64,000 nucleotides of DNA, taken from assembly GCF_001194135.2 (NCBI RefSeq), contig NC_069004.1, forward strand, positions 4,827,529 through 4,891,528. The letters run 5' to 3'. Made by a program: the position numbers and the translations under genes. Below are positions 14,192-27,137 of the stretch, in pieces. Source of the stretch: Octopus bimaculoides. Taxonomy: Eukaryota. Numbering within the stretch: the stretch's first letter is position 1; each line of letters starts with the position of its first letter. The notes beneath the pieces are model-generated. The model made no database searches, had not been told where the DNA came from, and worked only from the letters and a program-made list of their open reading frames with translations.

Positions 14192-15230
14192 GTAATTTTA
14201 TAAGCAATAAACCCGTATTTATTTTTCACAAGTGCCCCTTATATACGTGATAGACAAATTTCTGCCATATAGAAGCAGGGAAAAGGAGAAGCAAATCAGT
14301 CAGTGATATATATGTGTGTATATATATATCATATATATATATATATATATATATATANNNNNNNNNNNNNNNNNNNNNNNNNNNNNNNNNNNNNNNNNNN
14401 NNNNNNNNNNNNNNNNNNNNNNNNNNNNNNNNNNNNNNNNNNNNNNNNNNNNNNNNNNNNNNNNNNNNNNNNNNNNNNNNNNNNNNNNNNNNNNNNNNNN
14501 NNNNNNNNNNNNNNNNNNNNNNNNNNNNNNNNNNNNNNNNNNNNNNNNNNNNNNNNNNNNNNNNNNNNNNNNNNNNNNNNNNNNNNNNNNNNNNNNNNNN
14601 NNNNNNNNNNNNNNNNNNNNNNNNNNNNNNNNNNNNNNNNNNNNNNNNNNNNNNNNNNNNNNNNNNNNNNNNNNNTATATATATATATATATGCCTCACA
14701 GACATACACGGACACACACACACACACACACATACACACACACACACACACACATACACACAGGCGCATACTTACACCGATATATTCTTACGTAAATACA
14801 GGGATCGATAAGTAATCTCAGAAGTATACAAGAAACAGATGGTATCACATTAAATTATTTAATGTACAATTTAAGCAGAGTGTGGAGTACGTATTGTATC
14901 AATGAAGCTATAGGCCTATTTACTACAACAAAAATGCATAATATCTAAATGATAAATTAAATGATCTAAAGGGATATTATATGATATCGTTTATTTTTGA
15001 GGGGAAGTTTCAACAATGCCTTTTCTCAGTTGCACTTCCAACCAAAGTTCAGTGGTAAACTAAAATGAACACTTAAACACATACTGGTCATTAACACAAA
15101 CAGACATAAACGTTTTATATACACTATGCATTCATATATATGTGAAAGTATACATATATATATATATATATACACACACATATATATACACATATATATA
15201 CATATATATATATATATTTATGTATATGTA

Positions 15231-15273
<43 letters not shown>

Positions 15274-15890
15274 NNNNNNNNNNNNNNNNNNNNNNNNNNN
15301 NNNNNNNNNNNNNNNNNNNNNNNNNNNNNNNNNNNNNNNNNNNNNNNNNNNNNNNNNNNNNNNNNNNNNNNNNNNNNNNNNNNNNNNNNNNNNNNNNNNN
15401 NNNNNNNNNNNNNNNNNNNNNNNNNNNNNNNNNNNNNNNNNNNNNNNNNNNNNNNNNNNNNNNNNNNNNNNNNNNNNNNNNNNNNNNNNNNNNNNNNNNN
15501 NNNNNNNNNNNNNNNNNNNNNNNNNNNNNNNNNNNNNNNNNNNNNNNNNNNNNNNNNNNNNNNNNNNNNNNNNNNNNNNNNNNNNNNNNNNNNNNNNNNN
15601 NNNNNNNNNNNNNNNNNNNNNNNNNNNNNNNNNNNNNNNNNNNNNNNNNNNNNNNNNNNNNNNNNNNNNNNNNNNNNNNNNNNNNNNNNNNNNNNNNNNN
15701 NNNNNNNNNNNNNNNNNNNNNNNNNNNNNNNNNNNNNNNNNNNNNNNNNNNNNNNNNNNNNNNNNNNNNNNNNNNNNNNNNNNNNNNNNNNNNNNNNNNN
15801 NNNNNNNNNNNNNNNNNNNNNNNNNNNNNNNNNNNNNNNNNNNNNNNNNNNNNNNNNNNNNNNNNNNNNNNNNNNNNNNNNNNNNNNNNN

Positions 15891-15968
<78 letters not shown>

Positions 15969-16023
15969 ATACACACACGCTCATATATAAAAGGATACAC
16001 GGACGTAGAGACCAGAGATATAC

Positions 16024-16054
<31 letters not shown>

Positions 16055-16140
16055 TGAGTTTGTATGTGTATGTATTTGTATGTGTGTGAATGTGCGTGCC
16101 TATATGCATGCAGAAGATAGATAAGTAAGTGTGTTCGGAG

Positions 16141-16179
<39 letters not shown>

Positions 16180-16563
16180 GTTTGCATATCTATTCATCTG
16201 CCTATCTATCTATCCATCTATATTTCTGTATATATATATAATACAAATAAAATATATTTTGTAATACCAAATAAACTCAATACAAAGCACAGCAACGAAA
16301 GTAAAAACCAACATTATACATTTAAATTAATCCAGATGTATAAAACGATTACCTAAATACAATAAACACACCGCTTCAATTTAGAAAATTAGTTTCACCT
16401 GAAAGAAAGCATAAAAATAAAAATGAAAAAGAAGACATACTTGATAACAAGGTTGATTTAATTTGAATAGAGGTATACTAATCGCATGATATGATCAAGA
16501 CGAGTATAAAAGTGACTTGAGAAGGTATTAAATAAAAAAAAAGTGGAATGAATAAAATGCACA

Positions 16564-16610
<47 letters not shown>

Positions 16611-16747
16611 ATTGTATGTATATACATGGGTATGTGTGTTTGCGGGTAACAGTATGCTTGCGTATGTATCGATTTACACTCACATGCATGTCTATGCAAC
16701 GGGCATATATAAATATGCCCGTTGCATTTATATATATATATACATAC

Positions 16748-16800
<53 letters not shown>

Positions 16801-16974
16801 NNNNNNNNNNNNNNNNNNNNNNNNNNNNNNNNNNNNNNNNNNNNNNNNNNNNNNNNNNNNNNNNNNNNNNNNNNNNNNNNNNNNNNNNNNNNNNNNNNNN
16901 NNNNNNNNNNNNNNNNNNNNNNNNNNNNNNNNNNNNNNNNNNTTTTTTTTTTTTTTTTTTGAGAGAGCAATATA

Positions 16975-17570
16975 GGTTGCAAACGTTTCGAAAAATGCCA
17001 ATCAGCCATTTGCTTAATTTCCAACATAGGTCGAGGCAGTTTGTAGAATAACAGCCGCAATCAACTTTTTCAAAGACTTTCACAATGTCATGATATACCA
17101 TGATGTGGAGGCGCAATGGCTAAGTGGTTAGGGCAGCGAACTCGCGGTCGTAGGATCGCTGTTTCGATTCCCAAACCGGGCGTTCTGAATGTTTATTGAG
17201 CGAAGACACTCACAACTCCAAGAGGCTCCGGCAGGAGAGTAGGGTGGCGAACCTTGCTGTACTCTTTCACCACAAATTTCTCTCTCTTTCTTCCTGTTTC
17301 TGCTGTACCTCTATTTTAAAAAAAATGGGCCAGCCTTGTCACACTCTGTGTCACACTCTGTGTCACACTGAATCTCCCCGAGAACTACAATAAGAGTACA
17401 CGTGTATGTGGAGTGCTCAGCCACTTGCACGTTAATTTCACGAGCAGGCTGTTCCGTTGATCGTATCAACTGGAACCCTCGTCGTCGCAACCGACAGAGT
17501 TCCACGATATACCATGACAACTTTGAAATGATTGAGTAAACAATTTTGACAGTGAGGCGAGCCAATGTTT
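16975..17570 (-). mobile_element. Decayed CR1/L2-like reverse transcriptase fragment split by a SINE insertion
   Basis: Removing the SINE and one TSD copy gives LLNHFKVVMVYHDIVKVFEKVDCG...WKLSKWLIGIFRN, resembling the V.YLDF.KAFDKVDHG...GKL..WL..FL region of non-LTR RTs. Confidence 0.4.
17104..17505 (+). mobile_element. Full-length tRNA-derived SINE type C with 12-bp target-site duplication
   Basis: A-box TGGCTAAGTGG and B-box GTTTCGATTCC; TSD GATATACCATGA at 17092-17103 and 17506-17517; internal 12-bp tandem GTCACACTCTGT; 3' part shared with 48379-48680. Confidence 0.9.
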
Positions 17571-17848
17571 CACCAACGAGGGGCGGGGAGAGAAATGAAG
17601 CAAATAAGTAACCAAAATTATACAATTTATTTGACATCCATAGTTAAAATAATATTGTAAGTTAACAGTAAAAACGAATACGATAGCTACTTAACGAGTA
17701 TAAGCCCGACTGACAGATTAAAAGTAAATACGCTGGTATAATGGGAAAATATAGTTTATTGCACGGTTAAAATGATATTATAGGTTAATAGAAAACTGTA
17801 ATATAAAAGCAAATACTTCCGAGTGGAGATTGAAAATAAATAAACAAG

Positions 17849-17906
<58 letters not shown>

Positions 17907-19406
17907 GTGTACACATATATACATATGCCAGTTTACTTCTGCGTGTCTATAAGTATACTCATGGAAAGAGAATTGCTTATATGAATATAAATACACAAGC
18001 ATACACACTGTGTGTGTGAGTGTAAAACTTGAGGTGTATTAATCGAAGTGTACAGTATTATGTATCCATTACGGCTGATCATATCAATCAGTTTCGCACT
18101 AAAGGTTCAACGGGAAGTTATATAACAGCATAGTTATGTACCCCTGTGCGCCTCAGAGATGGGAGTTACGGAAGAAAATATGGCGACTGCTCTCTATTAT
18201 TGGAAGTGAATGACACATCCGATTTGTATATATATATATATGGCCGTAAGGAACTGATATTTTGCTCTTCTCTGTTAAATAAATACGTGTGTGTAACACA
18301 TAGTTACTACATGTGTATCTGTTCTTTAAATACTTTCTAATGCTTTGGAATAAATAGACACACTGGAATGTTTACCGGATGACGCATGTCGTTTTGCATT
18401 ATCTCCATTTTCTTATTTGCCGTATAAATTAAGGGTAAACCACTTTTTACCCTCCGCCCATATATGACACTCAATTACGAGATTGCCACGCAATAACCAG
18501 CATTTGGGTATGAATAATTGGGTACACTACCAGCAGTATATTGGATAGACACTATCCCTTAGTGTATATATATATATATATATATATATATNNNNNNNNN
18601 NNNNNNNNNNNNNNNNNNNNNNNNNNNNNNNNNNNNNNNNNNNNNNNNNNNNNNNNNNNNNNNNNNNNNNNNNNNNNNNNNNNNNNNNNNNNNNNNNNNN
18701 NNNNNNNNNNNNNNNNNNNNNNNNNNNNNNNNNNNNNNNNNNNNNNNNNNNNNNNNNNNNNNNNNNNNNNNNNNNNNNNNNNNNNNNNNNNNNNNNNNNN
18801 NNNNNNNNNNNNNNNNNNNNNNNNNNNNNNNNNNNNNNNNNNNNNNNNNNNNNNNNNNNNNNNNNNNNNNNNNNNNNNNNNNNNNNNNNNNNNNNNNNNN
18901 NNNNNNNNNNNNNNNNNNNNNNNNNNNNNNNNNNNNNNNNNNNNNNNNNNNNNNNNNNNNNNNNNNNNNNNNNNNNNNNNNNNNNNNNNNNNNNNNNNNN
19001 NNNNNNNNNNNNNNNNNNNNNNNNNNNNNNNNNNNNNNNNNNNNNNNNNNNNNNNNNNNNNNNNNNNNNNNNNNNNNNNNNNNNNNNNNNNNNNNNNNNN
19101 NNNNNNNNNNNNNNNNNNNNNNNNNNNNNNNNNNNNNNNNNNNNNNNNNNNNNNNNNNNNNNNNNNNNNNNNNNNNNNNNNNNNNNNNNNNNNNNNNNNN
19201 NNNNNNNNNNNNNNNNNNNNNNNNNNNNNNNNNNNNNNNNNNATATATATATATATATATATATATAAAATCAAAAAAGCAACATGGATTTTCAAGGTTA
19301 TTGCAGTACGCACGTTTCATGCAACTCCATTGGATAATACCATACTATATTCTGCTACCTAAACTTAAGTACTATATTCAATTTGAATCTAAATATATAT
19401 ATATAT

Positions 19407-19787
19407 ATATATTACAATTTAGATTAGTTCGAATATGTTTGTCACATAAAGGCTGCATTTGCCGTAGAGAAAAATCTCTCTTATGGTAAACAGGTGTGAA
19501 AGCACCCTGTTCGTTCAGTCTCGGCCTCTCTCGGGAATCTCAGAAATCGATGTTTCGAGTGTACTATCGCTCGTCGATGAGATATACCTAAGAGAGGTAA
19601 CTCTGGACGAACTGAATAAAACCTCGATGTCTGAGATTCCCGAGAGAGGGCGACACTAAAGAACGGGGTGTTTTCAAAGCCTTTAACGATAAGATAGATT
19701 TTTTCTCTACGGTAAGTGCAGTGTATTTGCCTTTAGCAGTTGAAATATGTGACAAACATGTTTCAACTAACCTAAATTGTGATTATA
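19407..19787. mobile_element. ~380-bp fold-back MITE-like element flanked by TA
   Basis: ACAATTTAGATTAG / CTAACCTAAATTGT, CCGTAGAGAAAAATCT / AGATTTTTTCTCTACGG and CTCTCTCGGGAATCTCAGA / TCTGAGATTCCCGAGAGAG are reverse complements; left arm carries two small deletions. Confidence 0.85.
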
Positions 19788-19897
19788 CGTAAACACTGTT
19801 TAGAGCCATTACTCCGATAGATAGATAAATAGATAGATAGACATTCATATATATATCGTATCTACCTATACATGCAAACACACACACTTTTATATAT

Positions 19898-19961
<64 letters not shown>

Positions 19962-20079
19962 GCAGATATGTATGTATGTGTATGTATCTATGTATGCATA
20001 TATAACTATTTTCTCACTCGCGCATGTGCATGAATATGTATATAATTGCGTTTATGCGTACACATTTACAAACATATAC

Positions 20080-20134
<55 letters not shown>

Positions 20135-20247
20135 TATTTGTGAATGTGTTTGTGTGTATACATAGACACACACACATACATGTATACATGTATATGTATA
20201 TATATATATGTATGTATAATTATGCATTTTAATTTGCGTGTGCATTA

Positions 20248-20664
20248 TCATTCTTCTTCTCTTTGTTCTTGTTCTTCTTCTTGTACTTCTTGTTCTTGTT
20301 CTTGTTCGTCTTCTTCTTCATCTTTTTCTTCTTCTTCTTATTGTTGTTGTTGCTGTTGTTGTTGTTGTTATCCTTTTTTATGATTTTCCATTCTGCCAAC
20401 AATTATAATATATTGATTAAAGCATTATGAAATTTTGGCAATTAAATTTGCTATGTATAATTGATTAAAATTCTTTTCTTTTTTTTTTATTTTTCATTTG
20501 TATATATATTTATACATATATATTTTTTCATTTTTTTTTCATTTCAGCCTGATAATTTCGGCTATTTCCACATTTCTCCTTCTTTCCGCTTCTTGAACTT
20601 TCTTCTTCTTCTTCTTCTTCTTCTTCTTTTTCTTCTTCTTCTTCTTCTTCTTCTTCTTCTTCTT

Positions 20665-20742
<78 letters not shown>

Positions 20743-21340
20743 TAAATTGCTATTATTTTAATTATTGTTACATTTTATTATTGATATCTTCTACTGTGTG
20801 TTTTTTCTCTTCGATCTCCATCTTCTTCATATCGACATCATCTTCGTCATCATAGCCATCACCATCATCATCATCGCCATCATCATCATCATCACCACCA
20901 CCACCACCACCATCACCACCACCACCACCACCATCATCATCATTATCATCATCATCATCATCATCATCATTACCTGCATCCACATCACCTCTTTTATTTT
21001 CATCCTCCTACAACGTCTACTGATTCATCTCCTTCATTCCCCCCTCTCTCTATTCTTCTAATACAAATACCTCTATCACTGCTACTACTACTACTACTAC
21101 TACCGCTGCCGCCGCCGCTGTCGTTGCTGTTTATGATGATAAGGATGATCAGGACGATAATGAATTTTTCACTAGTACTTCCTCATTTATTCCTTTCTCT
21201 TGCTATAATTATTCTACTACCACTGCTACCACTACTTATTATTATAATTATTCTTTATCATTATTATTATCATTATTATTATTATTATTATTATTATTTT
21301 TACCCACCACCTTTCCCTTTTTATTTTTTTTTTTTTCTAC
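20248..21340 (+). repeat. Compound trinucleotide array (TCT/TTG/CTT/ATT/CAT/CAC/CTA/GCC)
   Basis: Direct reading. Confidence 0.9.
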
Positions 21341-21913
21341 TCCTTCCTGCAATGATAAATGCTTCATTTTTCTTTCAGAAATTACAATATTCTACGATTT
21401 CACACCCGATGTTTAGCAGATAATACAATAAATAAACAAAAACAAAAACAAAAATGAGAGCAAAATAAATAGAAGAATAAAATACAATACACACAATACA
21501 CACACAACAAATTATAAAAGTAAAACACACACCAAAAACAAAAAAAAAAATGATAAATTATCACAATATCATTGCATATCAATTAACAATGCGATTCTCT
21601 TTAAACGCTCTTTTAGTCAGGTGTCAATTCCATCAAATCCATTATAAAAAGCCATGAATTATGGTTATTAGCATTGGCGTACATTTAATTTTATATAGGA
21701 ACCTTTTCGTTAAGTTATTATGTCCCTATCACCCGCTTAATGTAACAATTAAAAAAAAAATGTTAGACGCCGGTCCTCATAGCCAATAAAGCAAATTATT
21801 TCTGCTGTTTTTGTTGTTGTTGTTGTTAGTATTATTGCTGTTGTTATGATCGTCATTGTTATCATAATCATTATCTTTATCATCATCATAATCATTACGA
21901 TTCTTGTTATTGT

Positions 21914-22075
21914 TAAGGTGGCAGAATCGCTAGCAAACCAGACAAAATAATTAGCCTGCATTTCGTCCGTTTTTACATTCTGAGATCGAATGCCGCCGAG
22001 GTTGACTATGTCTCAGTCTTTCGGAGTTGATACAGTAAATACTAGTTGGGTACAGGGTTCGATGTAATCGACGCA
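21914..22075 (+). mobile_element. SINE type B, diverged
   Basis: GGCAGAATCGCTAGC...TTCTGAGATCGAATGCCGCCGAGGTTGAC matches the copy at 26194-26410. Confidence 0.75.
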
Positions 22076-22682
22076 ATTTGTCCGGTGTACTTACCATTTT
22101 ACCTTCTCTTCACTTCGATATTCTATTACTTAAATAATGCGAACGAAGTCAAATATGGGTTTGTGTCCAAATCCATTCTTGTCCAGCTGAGGTCATCGAT
22201 GTGCAATCTTTTCAAGCTACATTTTACCATATATTTTTATGGAACATCCTGAACGAAGTAGGCAGAAAGGCAATGGTTCTATCAAAACTGGGCAGGTTTT
22301 TTTATTACTCACCCGCAAAAGGATCACCTCGTCGCAATTTCAACTCAGTTTTTAGCTGAGATTCATGACAAATATCGCAACACATTCTATACGACACACT
22401 CCATCGATCGAATGAAGTTGCTTTACATCGGCATAGATTTTACACTTAAATTTAACAGCTTTCGTGTTATAAAAAGTTAGTAGCTTTCAAATGTGCCAGT
22501 AGGTATAGCAATCATTCAACACTCAAACATTATCTGCATTTAAAAAAATCCAGCTGATAAAAGCTTTGCTAGAAATAAACTTATCTCCCCAGGGAAACTA
22601 AATACGTTTAATGGACATTTGTTTAAAAATGTGAAAAAAAATTCACTTTACATGAAATATGACTCATTTTATAAAGTTACAA

Positions 22683-22840
22683 AGCTGGCAAAACCGTTGA
22701 CATTCATTTGTCTTTACGTTCTGAGTTCAAATTCTACCGTGGACGACATTGGCTTTTATACTTTAAGCATCGATAAAACAAATACTACTTGTGTCGATGT
22801 AAACACCTTAACCCCAACCTATGAAATTTCAGGAATTATA
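22683..22840 (+). mobile_element. SINE type B, diverged with internal deletion
   Basis: AGCTGGCAAAACCGTT...CGTTCTGAGTTCAAATTCTACCG...TCGATAAAA. Confidence 0.65.
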
Positions 22841-23281
22841 TCTATGTTTACTATACATAGTACTCATTCTTTTTTCGCGTCTGCAAAATAGTTTTGCTAA
22901 GCTTATTACATTAATGTAATATAATCGTTCCTGCATTTACTAAACAGTTTTCAGTATCACACATGATGCACATGTGAGATTATTTTACGAAATATGTAAA
23001 TAGAAGTGCGATAAACTGGTTGTTGTAATAATGCATTCATTAGCTCGAGTGTTTCACAAATTTGCTTCGGCAGCAGAAAAGAAAGAAATAAAATGATTAG
23101 CTGGTTGGAAATTTACAAACACCGACGCTATTATTTACTAAATGCCATATAAATTATTTAGATGTATTAGATTTGCGTTAAGCACCTTTCAATCGAATTT
23201 TATTATAATTTCCCTCTTCAGGTTATTGAGCACCTTCAAAAGTGTTTCCAGCGTTCCATAGCGTGAGAATTTTTTCCTAAA

Positions 23282-23680
23282 GACGCAGGTGTGGCTGTGT
23301 GGTAAGAAGTTTTCCTCCCGCCCACGTTATTCTGGGTTCAGTCCCAATGCGTGGCACTTTGGGCAAATGTCTTCTATAGCCTTGAGTCTACTAAACCATT
23401 ATGCGTGGATTATATCCGTGTGTGTTTACGTTTGTGTCTATGCTGTCCCTCTACTACTACTTAACAACCGGTGCTGGGACGTTTATGTCCCCTTAGCTTA
23501 GCGAGAACATGATTTCTAGCAAATTGAATAATCACATAGAGACCGATAGAATAAGCACCTGGCATGAAAATGCAAAGTACTGGGGTGGATTCATTCAATG
23601 AAGAATTTTCAATAAAGAATTTTCAGAATTGCCCCAACGTGGCCGTATTCTAATAACAGAAACAAGTAAAAGATAAAAGA
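23282..23680 (+). mobile_element. SINE type A, near full length (tRNA head, CORE-like CTTTGGGCAAATG block, long tail)
   Basis: TGGCTGTGTGGTAAG A-box, GGGTTCAGTCCC B-box-like, tail ending GAAACAAGTAAAAGATAAAAGA; matches the fragments at 1384, 31913 and 60202. Confidence 0.8.
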
Positions 23681-24574
23681 TTATATTCAATAGGAACTGG
23701 GATGTTTGTGATGTTAGAATTTCAGACGTTTTATTCCTCCGTGAATGTAGTGTAGTATGTTGTGTCTATCTTTGTAGTTGTCGTGTATCTTTCAACGCGT
23801 CACTGTATTAATAAGCGGCACGATGTAAAAGGCTTCTCGTCACGGAATAAGCCAAATATGTGATGTTTAGAATTATGAGATGTTTAGAATTTATGGTAAC
23901 ATACTGCCAGATATCGCTCGATTCATTATAAAAGCAATATTTACAAGTACGAAAATTTTTAGTTAAATCTAGGAAATTTGCTAAACCAAGATTCATATCT
24001 GCCTCAATGTAACTCTTTGAATAAATTGATAGACACTTTGCTACCGTCATCTATTCATAATTTACAAAATTAATAAAATTTCATGATGGTAACGATCGCA
24101 GTCTTCACAATTCTCCTCCGCTGTAACTCTAAGAGGCAAAATCATTAAATCACTACTATTAGTACCAAGGTATGACCCTGTGGCAATGTTATATATTATG
24201 CTTACACCGAAATTTTTCTCTGTTACAATGTTTCCTTGTAATGCTGTTGCAAAATAAATATTACTCATTGACCATAGATAAGAAATATTAATATTTGATA
24301 ATTAAAATATATTTAACGTTTGTTACAGTGGCATCAAAAAGTCATTTGCTATCACAAAGAGTAAAATCAAGTGAAATGTTTTCATTACGGACACGAATGC
24401 GCTGTTCTATTTTACGCCTTTCTAAAAGGTCCATACCTCCGGTTTCACATATCTATAGATTTCTAAAACTCCAGAACAACTAACATGGAATTGAAAAAGT
24501 AAACGAGGGATTACTGAAAACCTCTTTCAATGAAATATTTTAACGTTGTTCCATGATTAAAGAGATTGCATTGC

Positions 24575-24728
24575 TGTCATATGGTTTGGGGTTCAGTTCC
24601 AATGCCTGACACTTTCTGCAACTGTTTGCTTGCGTTTGTGTCTCCTACTGCGGCCCTGGGCCAACCAGTGCATGACGAGTGACTTTGTGAATTTGGTAGA
24701 AAGGAATTCTGTGGAAGTCTGTCGTGTA
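24575..24728 (+). mobile_element. SINE type A, diverged 5' half
   Basis: GGTTCAGTTCCAATGC...CTGGGCCAACC...TTTGGTAGAAAGGAATT...GTCGTGTAT. Confidence 0.6.
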
Positions 24729-24989
24729 TGTGTGCATGTGTGTGCGTGTATACATACATATTTATGTATATTCACATACATAAGTATACATATGTATACA
24801 AATATATACATATATATATATATGCGCGCGTGTATGTGTGTGTGACTGCTTTTGTATTTAACCGCCACCACCGATTAACAAACGATAGTAATAATAATGA
24901 TAATATATATATGTACGCATATAAATATTTATCTATATATGTTATATATATGTGCGTGTGTATGTATATCTATATACATATATATATGC

Positions 24990-25030
<41 letters not shown>

Positions 25031-26024
25031 NNNNNNNNNNNNNNNNNNNNNNNNNNNNNNNNNNNNNNNNNNNNNNNNNNNNNNNNNNNNNNNNNNNNNN
25101 NNNNNNNNNNNNNNNNNNNNNNNNNNNNNNNNNNNNNNNNNNNNNNNNNNNNNNNNNNNNNNNNNNNNNNNNNNNNNNNNNNNNNNNNNNNNNNNNNNNN
25201 NNNNNNNNNNNNNNNNNNNNNNNNNNNNNNNNNNNNNNNNNNNNNNNNNNNNNNNNNNNNNNNNNNNNNNNNNNNNNNNNNNNNNNNNNNNNNNNNNNNN
25301 NNNNNNNNNNNNNNNNNNNNNNNNNNNNNNNNNNNNNNNNNNNNNNNNNNNNNNNNNNNNNNNNNNNNNNNNNNNNNNNNNNNNNNNNNNNNNNNNNNNN
25401 NNNNNNNNNNNNNNNNNNNNNNNNNNNNNNNNNNNNNNNNNNNNNNNNNNNNNNNNNNNNNNNNNNNNNNNNNNNNNNNNNNNNNNNNNNNNNNNNNNNN
25501 NNNNNNNNNNNNNNNNNNNNNNNNNNNNNNNNNNNNNNNNNNNNNNNNNNNNNNNNNNNNNNNNNNNNNNNNNNNNNNNNNNNNNNNNNNNNNNNNNNNN
25601 NNNNNNNNNNNNNNNNNNNNNNNNNNNTATATATATATATATATATATGTATATAATTTAATTATGTTATTATATTATTGTGTCCATATCGGTAGCTTGT
25701 TTCACACATGTTTCTCACAATTAATCTTGATAGCTTGTCTTTGGTTAATAATCTGGCTTTAGATATTGTACAGTCATAACGAATTTCTATTTGTCTGGTT
25801 CGAGAACGAAATATACTTTCACACACTCGCATCATATTTTTCTAATTTATAGGTTTACTACAGGGCGATCTAATCATGTTAACATTATTATTCTCGTTTG
25901 TGAGCGAATGTCTGTTTCTATATACTTTTAATTTTGGTTTATTTCAGTGCATTTCTGTGTAGATGGCGCATTGGCACAAACGTTAAAGAGTACGTGAGAA
26001 TTGTCTAACAATATTTATTGTGTG

Positions 26025-26555
26025 TAAGGCGGCTAGCTGGCGTTGTGAGTTTACATTCCGCCGAGGTCGACCTTGCCTTTCATCCTTTCGGGGTCGATAA
26101 ATTAAGAACCAGTTGCGTACCTTGGTCGATCTAATAGACTGGACCCCTCCCCCAAAATTCGGTCTTTATGCCTCGAGTAGAAAAGATTCTTTTAGACGGT
26201 GAGCTGGCAGAAACGTTAGCACGCCGGGCGAAACGCTTAGCGGTATTTCGTTTTTCTTTAGGTTCTGAGTTCAAATTTCGCCGAGGTCGGCTTTACCTTT
26301 TATCCTTGCAAGATCGAAAAAATAAGTACTAGTTGCGTTCTGGGGTCTATCTAATCGACTAGCCCCCTCCCCCCAAATTTTGGTCCTTGTGCCTAGAGTA
26401 GAAAAGAAAAGAATCATTAGCATACCAGACAAAATACTTAGCGGCATTTTATCTGTCTCTATGTTCTGAGTTCAAACTGCATTGAGGGCAATGTTACCTT
26501 TCATACATTCGCGGTCGAAGAAATAAGTACCTATCAAGCGCTGTGGTCGATATAA
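26025..26555 (+). mobile_element. Three head-to-tail SINE type B copies (26025-26187, 26194-26410, 26412-26555)
   Basis: Repeated blocks GAGTTCAAA/GAGTTTACA, CCTTTCAT..TCGA and AAGTAC in each unit; first unit has a ~60-bp internal deletion. Confidence 0.85.
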
Positions 26556-27036
26556 GGCGGTTCCTTGAAGGGTTTCAAAACCCTCCAAAGATTTATACAA
26601 ACAAATCTTTCTAGTGCCTTCCTTTTAAAATCTGGAACCTATTCAATCGGACTCTCTCCCCAAACTGTGGAACATTGAAAGAAGTTTGTTTCATTGCCCG
26701 GTGTATTTCGATTCCTATAAATTTTCCGTGAAATATTAGGAAATATATTTTCGTTCTTTTTAAATCTCACCAGAATTTATTCTCATCTTTCTAGATTACA
26801 TTACAGCTTTATCTCGTTTTTCTCTTGAAATCATTTGATTTGTTGCTGCAATTTAATCGGTTTTAGGTTTTATTCTTCATGTTATATGGCGTTTCTTTGC
26901 TTTTTGTTGTTCAAGTTTTGTTAAGGAAAAATTATGATATATTTATAAGCTTCCTTTCAAATTAATTTTATTTTTTAGATTTGTGTTTCAAATTCAAAGT
27001 AGACGCCATTAATCATCATATGTTCTTTTTCTTCAG

Positions 27037-27069
<33 letters not shown>

Positions 27070-27105
27070 TATCCTCTTCTTCTCCTTCATCTTCTCCTTC
27101 TCCTG

Positions 27106-27137
27106 CGTGCTAACGTTTCTGCCAACCCGTCGCCTTA
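27106..27137 (-). mobile_element. SINE type B 5' end fragment
   Basis: CGTGCTAACGTTTCTGCCAACCCGTCGCCTTA matches 46969-47000. Confidence 0.65.

Noticed and set aside
17106-17180. tRNA gene
   Set aside because: A and B boxes are present, but there is no acceptor-stem closure or proper anticodon arm; it continues into a SINE body with a TSD.
22095-22249. Minus-strand exon with strong acceptor and GTAAGT donor
   Set aside because: Stops in all three frames; at most non-coding.
23808-24268. Two protein-like minus-strand ORFs (80 and 68 aa)
   Set aside because: No recognisable domain, no convincing splice context, separated by stops.
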